Shown here: piece by piece, positions 56,758 through 64,000 of the stretch
Layout of the letters: each line of letters opens with the position of its first letter
How positions within the stretch are numbered: the first letter of the stretch is position 1
Assembly: GCA_038231275.1 (NCBI GenBank)
Contig: JBBRLQ010000003.1
Location: 172,340 to 236,339 of the forward strand
Length of the DNA stretch: 64,000 bases
Direction of reading: 5' to 3'
Source: Polyangiales bacterium
Lineage (GTDB): Bacteria > Myxococcota_A > Polyangia > Polyangiales > Polyangiaceae
Position numbers and translations under genes: made by a program
The notes under the pieces: model-generated
Seen by the model: the letters and a program-made list of their open reading frames with translations, nothing else
Database searches by the model: none
Told to the model about the DNA's origin: nothing

Positions 56758-56815
56758 ACGCCCTCTAGACGCCCTCTGATTCAAGGTCTCGGCGGCGCTC
56801 CCGTTCAGCGGGATC

Positions 56816-57124
56816 GTGGACTTCGCGCACTTCCTCGCCGACGCAGTGGCCCGCCAGACGGCGCCGACGCCCTTCGCGGACGCGGTCGCGGCCTTCGAGC
56901 AAGGGCTCATGCGCGCGGCGGCGCAGGTGGCACGGAGCGAGGTTCCAGTGTGGGCGCGCATCCTCCAGGTCTTCCCGGATTGCTCCGAGCGTGACCTTCG
57001 CGCCGCGTTTCGTCGTCGCGCGTTCGAGACGCACCCGGATCGCCCGGGTGGCTCGCAGGCGGCGTTCCTCGAAGCGCAGCGGGCGCTGACGATGGGCCTC
57101 GCCGTCCTCGCGCGACGCACCTGA
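56816..57124 (+). CDS. small J-domain (DnaJ-like) protein
   Basis: HPD tripeptide in J-domain helix context (AFRRRAFETHPDRPGGSQAAFLEAQRA). Short ORF; start may be an upstream GTG. Confidence 0.45.
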   Translation: MDFAHFLADAVARQTAPTPFADAVAAFEQGLMRAAAQVARSEVPVWARILQVFPDCSERDLRAAFRRRAFETHPDRPGGSQAAFLEAQRALTMGLAVLARRT

Positions 57125-57137
57125 TACGCTCCGTCGC

Positions 57138-58328
57138 GTGAGCCATCGCGTCAGCCATCGAGCTGCTTTCCGGCGCTTTCTCGCGGCCGATCCCGAGCGC
57201 GTGCACTTCGCCGCGCACAGCCATCATCTTTGGCCCGACGTCAGCTTCGACGCGCAGATGCAGGCGTGGCTCGACGCCGCCGCATTGGCCGATCGCAAGT
57301 GGGACAAGATCTTCGGCGAGATCGTGCCGCGCGCGCAGGCGAGGATCGCGCGCCTCCTCGGGCTGCCGAACGGAGAGTCGCTCGGCTTCGCGCCCAACGT
57401 CCACGAGCTGATGATGCGCGTGGTGTCGTGCGTGAGACGACCCGAGCCAGGGCGACCGCTCCGCGTGCTATCCACCGACGCCGAGTTCCATTCCTTCGCC
57501 CGGCAGAGCGCGCGCCTCGAGGAGGACGGTGAGATGGCGGTCACGCGCGTCGCGGCCGAGCCGTTCGATACGTTCACCGAGCGCTTCGCGGCGGCGGCGG
57601 CGTCCGGCGAGTGGGATCTCGTCTACCTCTCCCATGTCTTCTTCAGCTCCGGCTACGTCGTCCCCGATCTGGCGCGCATCGTGGGCGCGGTGACGTCGAA
57701 AGAGACGTTCATCGTGGTCGACGGGTACCACTCGTTCGCCGCGATGCCGGTGGATCTCTCGGCGATCGCGGCGCGCGTCTTCTTCGTCGCCGGCGGATAC
57801 AAATACGCGATGGGCGGCGAGGGCTGTTGCTTCATTCACGCGCCGCCGAGCTACGGCGAGCGGCCGCGCGACACCGGTTGGTTCGCGGCGTTCGGCGCGC
57901 TCGAGAAGCAGCAGACGAAAGGGACCGTCCCCTACGCGTCGGGCGGCGCGCGATTCATGGGGGCGACGTTCGATCCCACGTCGATCTATCGCCTCGACGC
58001 CGTGCTCGGCTGGCTCGAGGAGGTCGGCCTCACGCCTGCGTCGATCCACGCACACGCGCACGCAATGCAAGAGGTCTTCGTGCGCGAGATCGGCAAGTCC
58101 CCGTGCGCGCTCGACGCCTCGCAGCTCGTGCTGTCGCTCCGCGAGCCGAACCGCGGACAGTTCCTCACGTTCAAGACGCCGCGCGCCGGCGAGCTCCACG
58201 CGCGTCTCCTCGCCGCCAACGTCGTGACCGACGTGCGCGCCGATCGCCTTCGCTTCGGCTTCGGCGTCTACCACGACGAGGCGGACGTCGTTCACGGCGC
58301 GGCCCGCGTCCTCGCCGCGCTCGCCTGA
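57138..58328 (+). CDS. PLP-dependent class-V aminotransferase-fold enzyme (kynureninase-like)
   Basis: 396 aa. ..GGYKYAMGGEGCCF.. lysine-containing region typical of the fold-type I class V / kynureninase family. Confidence 0.65.
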   Translation: MSHRVSHRAAFRRFLAADPERVHFAAHSHHLWPDVSFDAQMQAWLDAAALADRKWDKIFGEIVPRAQARIARLLGLPNGESLGFAPNVHELMMRVVSCVRRPEPGRPLRVLSTDAEFHSFARQSARLEEDGEMAVTRVAAEPFDTFTERFAAAAASGEWDLVYLSHVFFSSGYVVPDLARIVGAVTSKETFIVVDGYHSFAAMPVDLSAIAARVFFVAGGYKYAMGGEGCCFIHAPPSYGERPRDTGWFAAFGALEKQQTKGTVPYASGGARFMGATFDPTSIYRLDAVLGWLEEVGLTPASIHAHAHAMQEVFVREIGKSPCALDASQLVLSLREPNRGQFLTFKTPRAGELHARLLAANVVTDVRADRLRFGFGVYHDEADVVHGAARVLAALA

Positions 58329-58488
58329 CGCGCACGCCTCGTACGTCGCGGCGCCCGGTTTCTCCCCAGGGAAATCGCGCCCGACGCGTTCCATGAGGAG
58401 AAGGGGAACTCCGGGCAGCCGTCCGTGTCACGACGACGACGCCGGACGGAATCCCAGATCGACCCCGCGCGTAGGACGTAGGTAGAAC

Positions 58489-60651
58489 ATGCCGGCTCTC
58501 GCTTGGAAGATTTCCACGTTCGCGGCGCTCGGGGCCGCTGCCTACTTCGCCCTCCATCCCGTCCGCGGGTCGGCCAACACCGCCGGAAAGGCCGCCTTCG
58601 CGGGAGCGCCGTCGACGACGTCCGCGCCGGGCTCGTTGTTCGGCTGGTTTGGCGGGAGCCCCGCTTCTGCCGCGGCGCAGGCGCCGGCCGGATCGCCGGA
58701 GAAGCTCCTCGCGCAGCTCCGCGCGGCACACAACGCCACGGTCATCTGCGACACGCTTCGCTCGCTCGGGCCGGTGGCCGACGAAGAGGCGACGTCGGCG
58801 ATCGCGGACGTCGCGCAAAAAGGGCGCATCGGAGCGCGCGAGTGCGCGGTCACGACGCTCGGGGGCATCCGCCTCGCGGCGGCGCGCAGCTGGCTCGCCG
58901 AGCTCGTCTCCGACAAGGACGCGTCGATCCGCCGTGCCGCGGTCGAGGCCCTGGCCGCGCGTCCCGACGATCCCGAGGCGCGAAGCATCGTCCTCACCGT
59001 CGCGACGACGGCCGAGCCGGAGCTCAAGATGGCCGCCACGCTCGCGCTCGGGAACGCGCACGCGACCGAGGCGACGCCGCTCCTCCTCGCGGCGATGGAT
59101 AACGCGGATCTGGGGACGCAGCGTCAGATCGTGGCCGCGCTCGGCGCGACCGGCGATGCCGGCGCCGTGGAGGCTCTCGCCAAGATCTCGCGCGAGGGGT
59201 CGACCGGCGTCCGGACCGAGGCGCTCACGGCGCTCGGAAAGATCGGCGGCCCGCAAGCGGTCACGTTGCTCTCGGCGGCGCTGCTCGATGCGTCGGGCGC
59301 CGACGTGCGCTCCGCGGCGACGGCGCTGGCCGAAATGGACGATCCGGGGGCAAAAAAGGCTCTCCTCACGGCCGCAGAGTCCGATCGCCGCGACGTCTCC
59401 GGAGCCGCGATGGACGCGCTCGCCGACGTGGACGGCGACGACGTGCGCGCGCTCATGTTGAAGAAGCTCGGCCCGGGCTCGCCCGACGCCCATGCCGCGG
59501 CCGCGCGCTATTTCCGGTCGCACCCCGACGAGGCGGTCGTCGCCGATCTCTCGTCGATGGCGCGTCACGGCGGGCGAGAGGCGAGCGCCGAGGCCTTGAC
59601 CGCGCTGGCGGCGATCGGTGGCAAAGACGCGCTCGCGGCGATCACCGAGCTCGCCTCCGAGCCAGGGACGTCGCAAAACGGCGCGCTCTCGCAGCTCGCG
59701 TCGATGCCGGGCGGTCGCGAAGGCGCGCGAAAAATCGCGCTGTCGCTCCTTCGCAGTGGCGGGCCGGCAGCGCACACCGCGGTGTCGCTGCTCTCCGAGG
59801 ACGCCTCTCCCGAAGGCCGGCAGGCGTTGCTGGACGCCGCGCGCGCCGGCGACGGGACGAGCGCCGAGGCGATGAGCGCGCTCGCGCGGCGCGGCGATCC
59901 GGCGTCGGTGAAGGCGCTCTCCGATCTCGCGCAGACCGGAAAAGATGCGCGCACGAAGGCCGAGGCGTTGTCGGCGCTCGGTCAGTCCGGCGATCCGCAG
60001 GTCGCCGGGACGCTGACGCGCGCGCTCAAGGACTCCGATCCGCAGGTGCGCCGCGCGGCGATGGATGGCCTCTCGACGATCGGTGGGCCCGAGGCCGAGA
60101 AGGCCGTCCTCGACGCGACCTCGAGCAACGATCACGATCTTCGCACCGCGGCGGTCCACGCGCTCGGGCGCAACGCGTCGTCGCCGGCGGCGGCCGCGCG
60201 CCTCGAGAAGCTGGCGGCCGACCCCGATCGCGAGGTCGCGAACGCCGCGTTTTGGGGCCTCGCGTCGACGTCCCCCGACAAGGCCGCGAAGATCGCCGAG
60301 GGACAGATGAAGAGCGCGGACGTCGACGTGCGGAGGTCCACCATGCAGGTCTGCCACATGCTCGAGCCCGAGCGCGCGCGCGAGCTCTTGCTCGGCGGAC
60401 TCGCGGACGCCGATCCGACCGTGGCGGTCACCGCCGCGCACAACCTCACGCAGATCGGCGACACGGCGTCTCAGAACGCGCTCGCGGCCCTGCTCACGAG
60501 GGACGACGCGAACCCGCAAGTGCGCCGCGCGGCGGCGGATGCCCTCGGCGAAATCGGCGGAGAGACTGCGCGACGCTTCGCGGATCTCATCGCGCAGCAC
60601 GGCAGCGCGGGGCGCGGAGACGGCGCGGTCATCATCGACCGAGAGGAGTAG
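58489..60651 (+). CDS. HEAT/PBS-lyase-like repeat protein (720 aa)
   Basis: N-terminal TM/signal; about 15 repeats of the ..DxDxxVRxxAxxALGxIG.. pattern. Confidence 0.8.
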   Translation: MPALAWKISTFAALGAAAYFALHPVRGSANTAGKAAFAGAPSTTSAPGSLFGWFGGSPASAAAQAPAGSPEKLLAQLRAAHNATVICDTLRSLGPVADEEATSAIADVAQKGRIGARECAVTTLGGIRLAAARSWLAELVSDKDASIRRAAVEALAARPDDPEARSIVLTVATTAEPELKMAATLALGNAHATEATPLLLAAMDNADLGTQRQIVAALGATGDAGAVEALAKISREGSTGVRTEALTALGKIGGPQAVTLLSAALLDASGADVRSAATALAEMDDPGAKKALLTAAESDRRDVSGAAMDALADVDGDDVRALMLKKLGPGSPDAHAAAARYFRSHPDEAVVADLSSMARHGGREASAEALTALAAIGGKDALAAITELASEPGTSQNGALSQLASMPGGREGARKIALSLLRSGGPAAHTAVSLLSEDASPEGRQALLDAARAGDGTSAEAMSALARRGDPASVKALSDLAQTGKDARTKAEALSALGQSGDPQVAGTLTRALKDSDPQVRRAAMDGLSTIGGPEAEKAVLDATSSNDHDLRTAAVHALGRNASSPAAAARLEKLAADPDREVANAAFWGLASTSPDKAAKIAEGQMKSADVDVRRSTMQVCHMLEPERARELLLGGLADADPTVAVTAAHNLTQIGDTASQNALAALLTRDDANPQVRRAAADALGEIGGETARRFADLIAQHGSAGRGDGAVIIDREE

Positions 60652-60702
60652 CGCGTCGTCGTCGCGGAGGCGTGGGAGCCTCCGCGACGTAACGCTGCAA
60701 CG

Positions 60703-61281
60703 TCACTTCGCCGAGAAGGTCACATGGAACGCGCTGGTGGTGCCGTTCTTCTTGCCGAGCGCGATGGGGCGCTCGACGCCGTGCACTGCGTCGATGGCGC
60801 CGATGACCTGCGCGTAGCTCGCGGCGTCGTCGGTGTGGAGGACGAGGCGATCGAGCTCGCGATCCGACGCGTCCTTGTGCTTGCCCCACTCTTTCCACTC
60901 CTTCGCGATTTCGTCGGTGAGACCGGGGAAGCGGACGAACTTCGCCTTGCCGACCGTGTCGACGAGATCCTTGCGCGGGATCTCCGTGCGTGCGAGCTCG
61001 CGGCCGCCTTCGCTCCAAAAGAGCGTGAATTTGTCCGGATCGCGCATCTCGACGTGGAGGAACCGCGGCGGCGCGCACTCCGCGCCTTCGCACGGCGGCG
61101 CAGTATCGCTCCCCGGCACCTGCGCGTTCGCCTCGACGCGGCTCATGTGGACCCACACCGCCGTGATGAGCAAGAACGAGATCGTCACCATCAGCAAATC
61201 GATCATCGGGATCATGTTGATCTCCGTGTCGAGCGCTTTCCTGCCGCCTTTACCGCCCGATACCGCGACCGCTCCAGCCAT
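60703..61281 (-). CDS. exbD: ExbD/TolR biopolymer transport protein
   Basis: EINMIPMIDLLMVTISFLLI TM segment plus periplasmic domain; start at internal Met. Confidence 0.75.
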   Translation of the reverse strand: MAGAVAVSGGKGGRKALDTEINMIPMIDLLMVTISFLLITAVWVHMSRVEANAQVPGSDTAPPCEGAECAPPRFLHVEMRDPDKFTLFWSEGGRELARTEIPRKDLVDTVGKAKFVRFPGLTDEIAKEWKEWGKHKDASDRELDRLVLHTDDAASYAQVIGAIDAVHGVERPIALGKKNGTTSAFHVTFSAK

Positions 61282-61398
61282 GATCACACCTCCACGGCGA
61301 TGGACACGCGCCTCGTCCGTAGGCATGGGCCTCGCCAGGGAAAATCGCCCGTTCGGCGATCACGGGAACTTTCGGCGTCGGGCCGTGTCGAGCTTCGG

Positions 61399-62481
61399 AT
61401 GGACCCCTCGTTCCGGCCGTCGCTTCATGACCGCCTGCGCGACTCGGGGGCCGAGGGGCACCTGGCGTCGCTGGCGCTTCACGCGGCGCTCCTCTTCATG
61501 TTCGCGACGGCGATGGCGTCGATGGGCGAGGAAGACCGCGAGGAGGTCGAGCGAGACCGGATCGCGACCATGCGCGCGTACCTCGACGCGCCGTCGTCGC
61601 CCGAGCCGGATCGCGAGATGCCGATGGACGACATGACCAAGGGAAAACCCGGTGTCGGCGATCCTCGCAAGCCGCCGGGGCGCGACGGGTGGGGAAACAA
61701 AGGGGAGATGGGCAAGCGCGAGGCCTCTACGCAAGGTCACTGGAGCGCGAAGGGCAGCGCGTCGAAAGAGTCGGCGACGTTGGCCCGCGAGCGCGCGCGC
61801 GAAGAAGCGGCGACGTTCGGCATCATCGGCATCCTCGCCGCCCGCGACGTACCCGACAGCAACGCGCCCGTCGCGCCGTGGGGCTCGGTCTTGAACGGCG
61901 CCGACGCCGAGAGCCACATCGGCAACGACTGGGCACCGACGATCGACGACGCGTTCGGTGACGGCCTCGGCCTGTCGGGCGGCGGCGAAGGCGGAGGCGG
62001 GCGCGGCGAAGGGATCGGGCTCGGCAACATCGGCACGATCGGTCACTGCCGCGGGCCCAGCGGGTGCGGCAACGGCGTCGGCACGGGACGCCTCGGCGGC
62101 GAGCACGTGACGAAGTCGCCGTCGATCCGCTGCGGGAGGACGGACCCCGTCACGCACGAGCACCTCGGCGGCTGCACGACGACGGTCAACGGACGCATGC
62201 CGCCCGAAACAATCCAGCGCATCGTTCGGCAGAATTTTGGCCGATTCCGCATGTGCTACGAGCCGGCGCTCCACGCGTCGCCGCAGCTGACGGGGCGCGT
62301 GAGCGTCAAGTTCGTGATCGACCGCTCGGGCGCCGTCGCGGTCGCGCAAGACGCGGGCAGCGATCTCCCGAACGCCGACGTCGTCGCGTGCACGGTGAAG
62401 GCGTTCGCCGGCCTCTCGTTCCCGGAGCCGGAGGGCGGGATCGTCACGGTGGTCTACCCGCTCGTGTTCTCGCCCGAGTGA
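61399..62481 (+). CDS. TonB-like energy-transducer candidate (N-terminal TM anchor, Pro/Gly-rich spacer, conserved C-terminal domain, myxobacterial type)
   Basis: TM (LASLALHAALLFMFATAMA); Gly/Pro/charged low-complexity middle; C-terminus ..RIVRQNFGRFRMCYE..GRVSVKFVIDRSGAV..VVYPLVF. Divergent from exbD. Confidence 0.45.
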   Translation: MDPSFRPSLHDRLRDSGAEGHLASLALHAALLFMFATAMASMGEEDREEVERDRIATMRAYLDAPSSPEPDREMPMDDMTKGKPGVGDPRKPPGRDGWGNKGEMGKREASTQGHWSAKGSASKESATLARERAREEAATFGIIGILAARDVPDSNAPVAPWGSVLNGADAESHIGNDWAPTIDDAFGDGLGLSGGGEGGGGRGEGIGLGNIGTIGHCRGPSGCGNGVGTGRLGGEHVTKSPSIRCGRTDPVTHEHLGGCTTTVNGRMPPETIQRIVRQNFGRFRMCYEPALHASPQLTGRVSVKFVIDRSGAVAVAQDAGSDLPNADVVACTVKAFAGLSFPEPEGGIVTVVYPLVFSPE

Positions 62482-62514
62482 CGAGACGAGACGAGACGCG
62501 ACGCGACGCGACGA
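62481..62514. repeat. pentanucleotide microsatellite (ACGAG)3(ACGCG)3ACGA in the convergent gap
   Basis: Read directly. Confidence 0.7.
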
Positions 62515-63078
62515 TCAGCCGTATGCGCGCAGCATCGCGAAGACGAGCACGCCGGTGACCGACACGTAGAGCCACACCGGCAGCGTGAAGCGCGAGATCT
62601 TCTTGTGTTGCGGGAAACGCCCCGAGAGCGAAAAGAAGAAGCTCGAGAAGATGAGCGGCAGGACGACGGCCGACAAGAGCACGTGCGAAATCAAGACGAA
62701 GAAGTAGAGCGGGCGTAGGGCGCCCGTGCCTTGGAACTTCGAGTCGCCGTGCACCGAGTGGTAGACGATGTACGAGACGAGGAAGAGCGCCGAGGAACCC
62801 AGCGCGACCAGCATGCGACGCGCGTGCTCTGCGATCTTTCGTTGCTTGATGCTGACAAGCGCGAGGACGAGGAACACAGCGCTCGTCCCGTTGAAGAACG
62901 CGTTCAGCACGGGGAGGGCAGAGACCCACGCGGGGGCCGACGTCGCGCGGCCGTGGCCGTAGATGACGGCGACGAGGAGCGCCAGCGCCGCGAGGCTCAC
63001 GCCAAGGATGACGGTGACGGCTCGCTTCGGGCTCACGCCCTTCAGCGCGGCGAGCTGGACGGGATTTTGCGGCGACAT
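62515..63078 (-). CDS. DUF420 family membrane protein
   Basis: 187 aa, 4-5 TM helices; pattern ..LNAFFNGTSAVFLVLALVSIK.. and ..HVLLSAVVLPLI.. typical of DUF420. Confidence 0.7.
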   Translation of the reverse strand: MSPQNPVQLAALKGVSPKRAVTVILGVSLAALALLVAVIYGHGRATSAPAWVSALPVLNAFFNGTSAVFLVLALVSIKQRKIAEHARRMLVALGSSALFLVSYIVYHSVHGDSKFQGTGALRPLYFFVLISHVLLSAVVLPLIFSSFFFSLSGRFPQHKKISRFTLPVWLYVSVTGVLVFAMLRAYG

Positions 63079-63161
63079 CCTGGGGTTCTCTAGGGAAAGA
63101 AGGGTGCGGGCACAAGCCCCGCCGGTGACGACGCCCCGGATCTGGCGCTAGAGTCCGGCCC

Positions 63162-64000
63162 ATGAGCGAGCCGGCCTCGGTAAAAAGCGCGCACGTCGAC
63201 ACATTCGCGCGGGACCGCCTGCCTCCTCCCGAGCAGTCGCCCGACCTCGATCTGTCGAAGTGTCCGTCGTACCCGCCGCGCATGAACGCGGCGACCGAGC
63301 TCCTCCGGGGAGCCCTCACGCGCGGCTGGGGAGACCGCGTCGCGTTTCGTCACGAGGGAACCGCGATGACCTACGCCGAGCTCGACGCGCGCGCATGCCG
63401 CGTCGCGCGCGTGCTCGTCCGAGACCACGGGCTCGTTCCCGGCGGGCGTGTTCTTCTTCGCGCGCCCAACAACCCGGCGCTGGTCGTCGCGTGGTTCGCG
63501 GTGCTCAAGGCCGGCGGGATCGTCGTCGCCACGATGCCGATGCTGCGATCTCGCGAGCTCGCGTACATCGTCCAAAAGGCGCAGGTGCCGCTCGCGCTCT
63601 GCGACCCTGCGCTTGCCTCCGAGATGGAGCACGCCAAGTGCCCCAACCTGCTCTTGACCGATGCGCTCGAAGCGAGCGCCGCCGCCGAGCCCGCCACCTT
63701 CGACGACGTCGACACCGCCGCCGACGACATCGCGCTCATCGCGTTCACCTCTGGAACTACGGGCCTCGCGAAGGGGGCGATGCACGTCCACCGCGATTTG
63801 ATCGTGGTCGCCGATCTCTTCCTGCCGGAAATCCTGAAGCCGACCGCGGACGACGTCTTCTGCGGCTCGCCTCCGATCGCCTTCACGTTCGGCCTCGGCG
63901 CGCTTCTGCTCTTCCCGATGCGCGTCGGCGCATGCACCGTCCTCGTGGAGCGACCGACGCCCGACGCACTGCTCGTCGCCATCCAGAAAGATCGCGCGAC
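63162..64000 (+). CDS. AMP-dependent synthetase/ligase (acyl/aryl-CoA ligase); 3' end outside window
   Basis: Not in the ORF track because there is no stop before the window end. ATG 63162. AMP-binding motif TSGTTGLAKGAMH. Confidence 0.8.
   Translation, partial: MSEPASVKSAHVDTFARDRLPPPEQSPDLDLSKCPSYPPRMNAATELLRGALTRGWGDRVAFRHEGTAMTYAELDARACRVARVLVRDHGLVPGGRVLLRAPNNPALVVAWFAVLKAGGIVVATMPMLRSRELAYIVQKAQVPLALCDPALASEMEHAKCPNLLLTDALEASAAAEPATFDDVDTAADDIALIAFTSGTTGLAKGAMHVHRDLIVVADLFLPEILKPTADDVFCGSPPIAFTFGLGALLLFPMRVGACTVLVERPTPDALLVAIQKDRA

Noticed and set aside
51776-60600. ORFs 51776..54496 (+, 906 aa), 54934..56535 (-), 57468..58394 (-), 58171..60600 (-, 809 aa)
   Set aside because: Antisense to the kinase, RCC1, aminotransferase-fold and HEAT genes, which all show strong domain signatures; GC-driven open frames.
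1-64000. Search for CRISPR arrays, IS elements, integrases, toxin-antitoxin or known phage-defence genes
   Set aside because: No spaced direct-repeat arrays, no transposase- or integrase-like translations, and no obvious nuclease, helicase or reverse-transcriptase defence signatures in any frame. The region looks like core or accessory chromosomal content, not a mobile element.

Overview
The window is a very GC-rich chromosomal segment (roughly 70% GC by eye), with coding on both strands and small intergenic gaps. It looks like a Myxococcota-type genome: many lipoproteins with signal peptide plus lipobox, FHA/sigma-54 activators, Ser/Thr kinases with TPR or zf-HC2 N-termini, PEGA-like, BNR, RCC1, fasciclin, DUF4397 and DUF1552/DUF1592-family genes. 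No rRNA, CRISPR array, transposase or integrase was seen. About 56 protein-coding genes can be supported. They include an incomplete sugar-uptake locus (FGGY kinase, periplasmic binding protein and double-NBD ABC ATPase, with no permease) and a CarH-like MerR/B12 regulator preceded by three tandem 11-bp direct repeats. There is also a c-di-GMP module (FHA-GGDEF plus translationally overlapped GATase-II and EAL), an ExbD/TonB-like pair, RibA, a Xaa-Pro dipeptidase, and an AMP-ligase running off the 3' end. Many long antisense ORFs in the six-frame track are GC-driven artefacts and were rejected.

Candidates for undescribed biology:
- A tightly packed minus-strand array of seven genes (18619 to 10210): a GH5-like/SLH glycosidase, two tandem secreted CCY-motif Cys-rich paralogs, an FHA-sigma54 activator, a secreted TPR/PEGA-like membrane protein, a Ser/Thr kinase and an AraA/FucI-family isomerase. 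Hand-found sigma-54 promoter-like sites and an 18-bp perfect palindrome sit in its upstream divergent region.
- A Planctomycete-type PSD neighbourhood (38193..45871): a DUF1592-family plus DUF1552 pair bracketed by paralogous BNR-propeller lipoproteins, next to a CxxCH lipoprotein and a SodC-like lipoprotein.
- A 1233-aa lipoprotein combining amidohydrolase, TSP3 calcium-binding repeats and a lamin-tail domain.
- Near-perfect 18-21 bp DNA tandem repeats that encode (SSG)n or (TSG)n linkers in three secreted proteins.
- A tRNA-like 3' half (perfect 7-bp acceptor helix, consensus T-arm) next to a textbook bidirectional terminator.

All calls are made by eye from the translations and the sequence. 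No database search was run.
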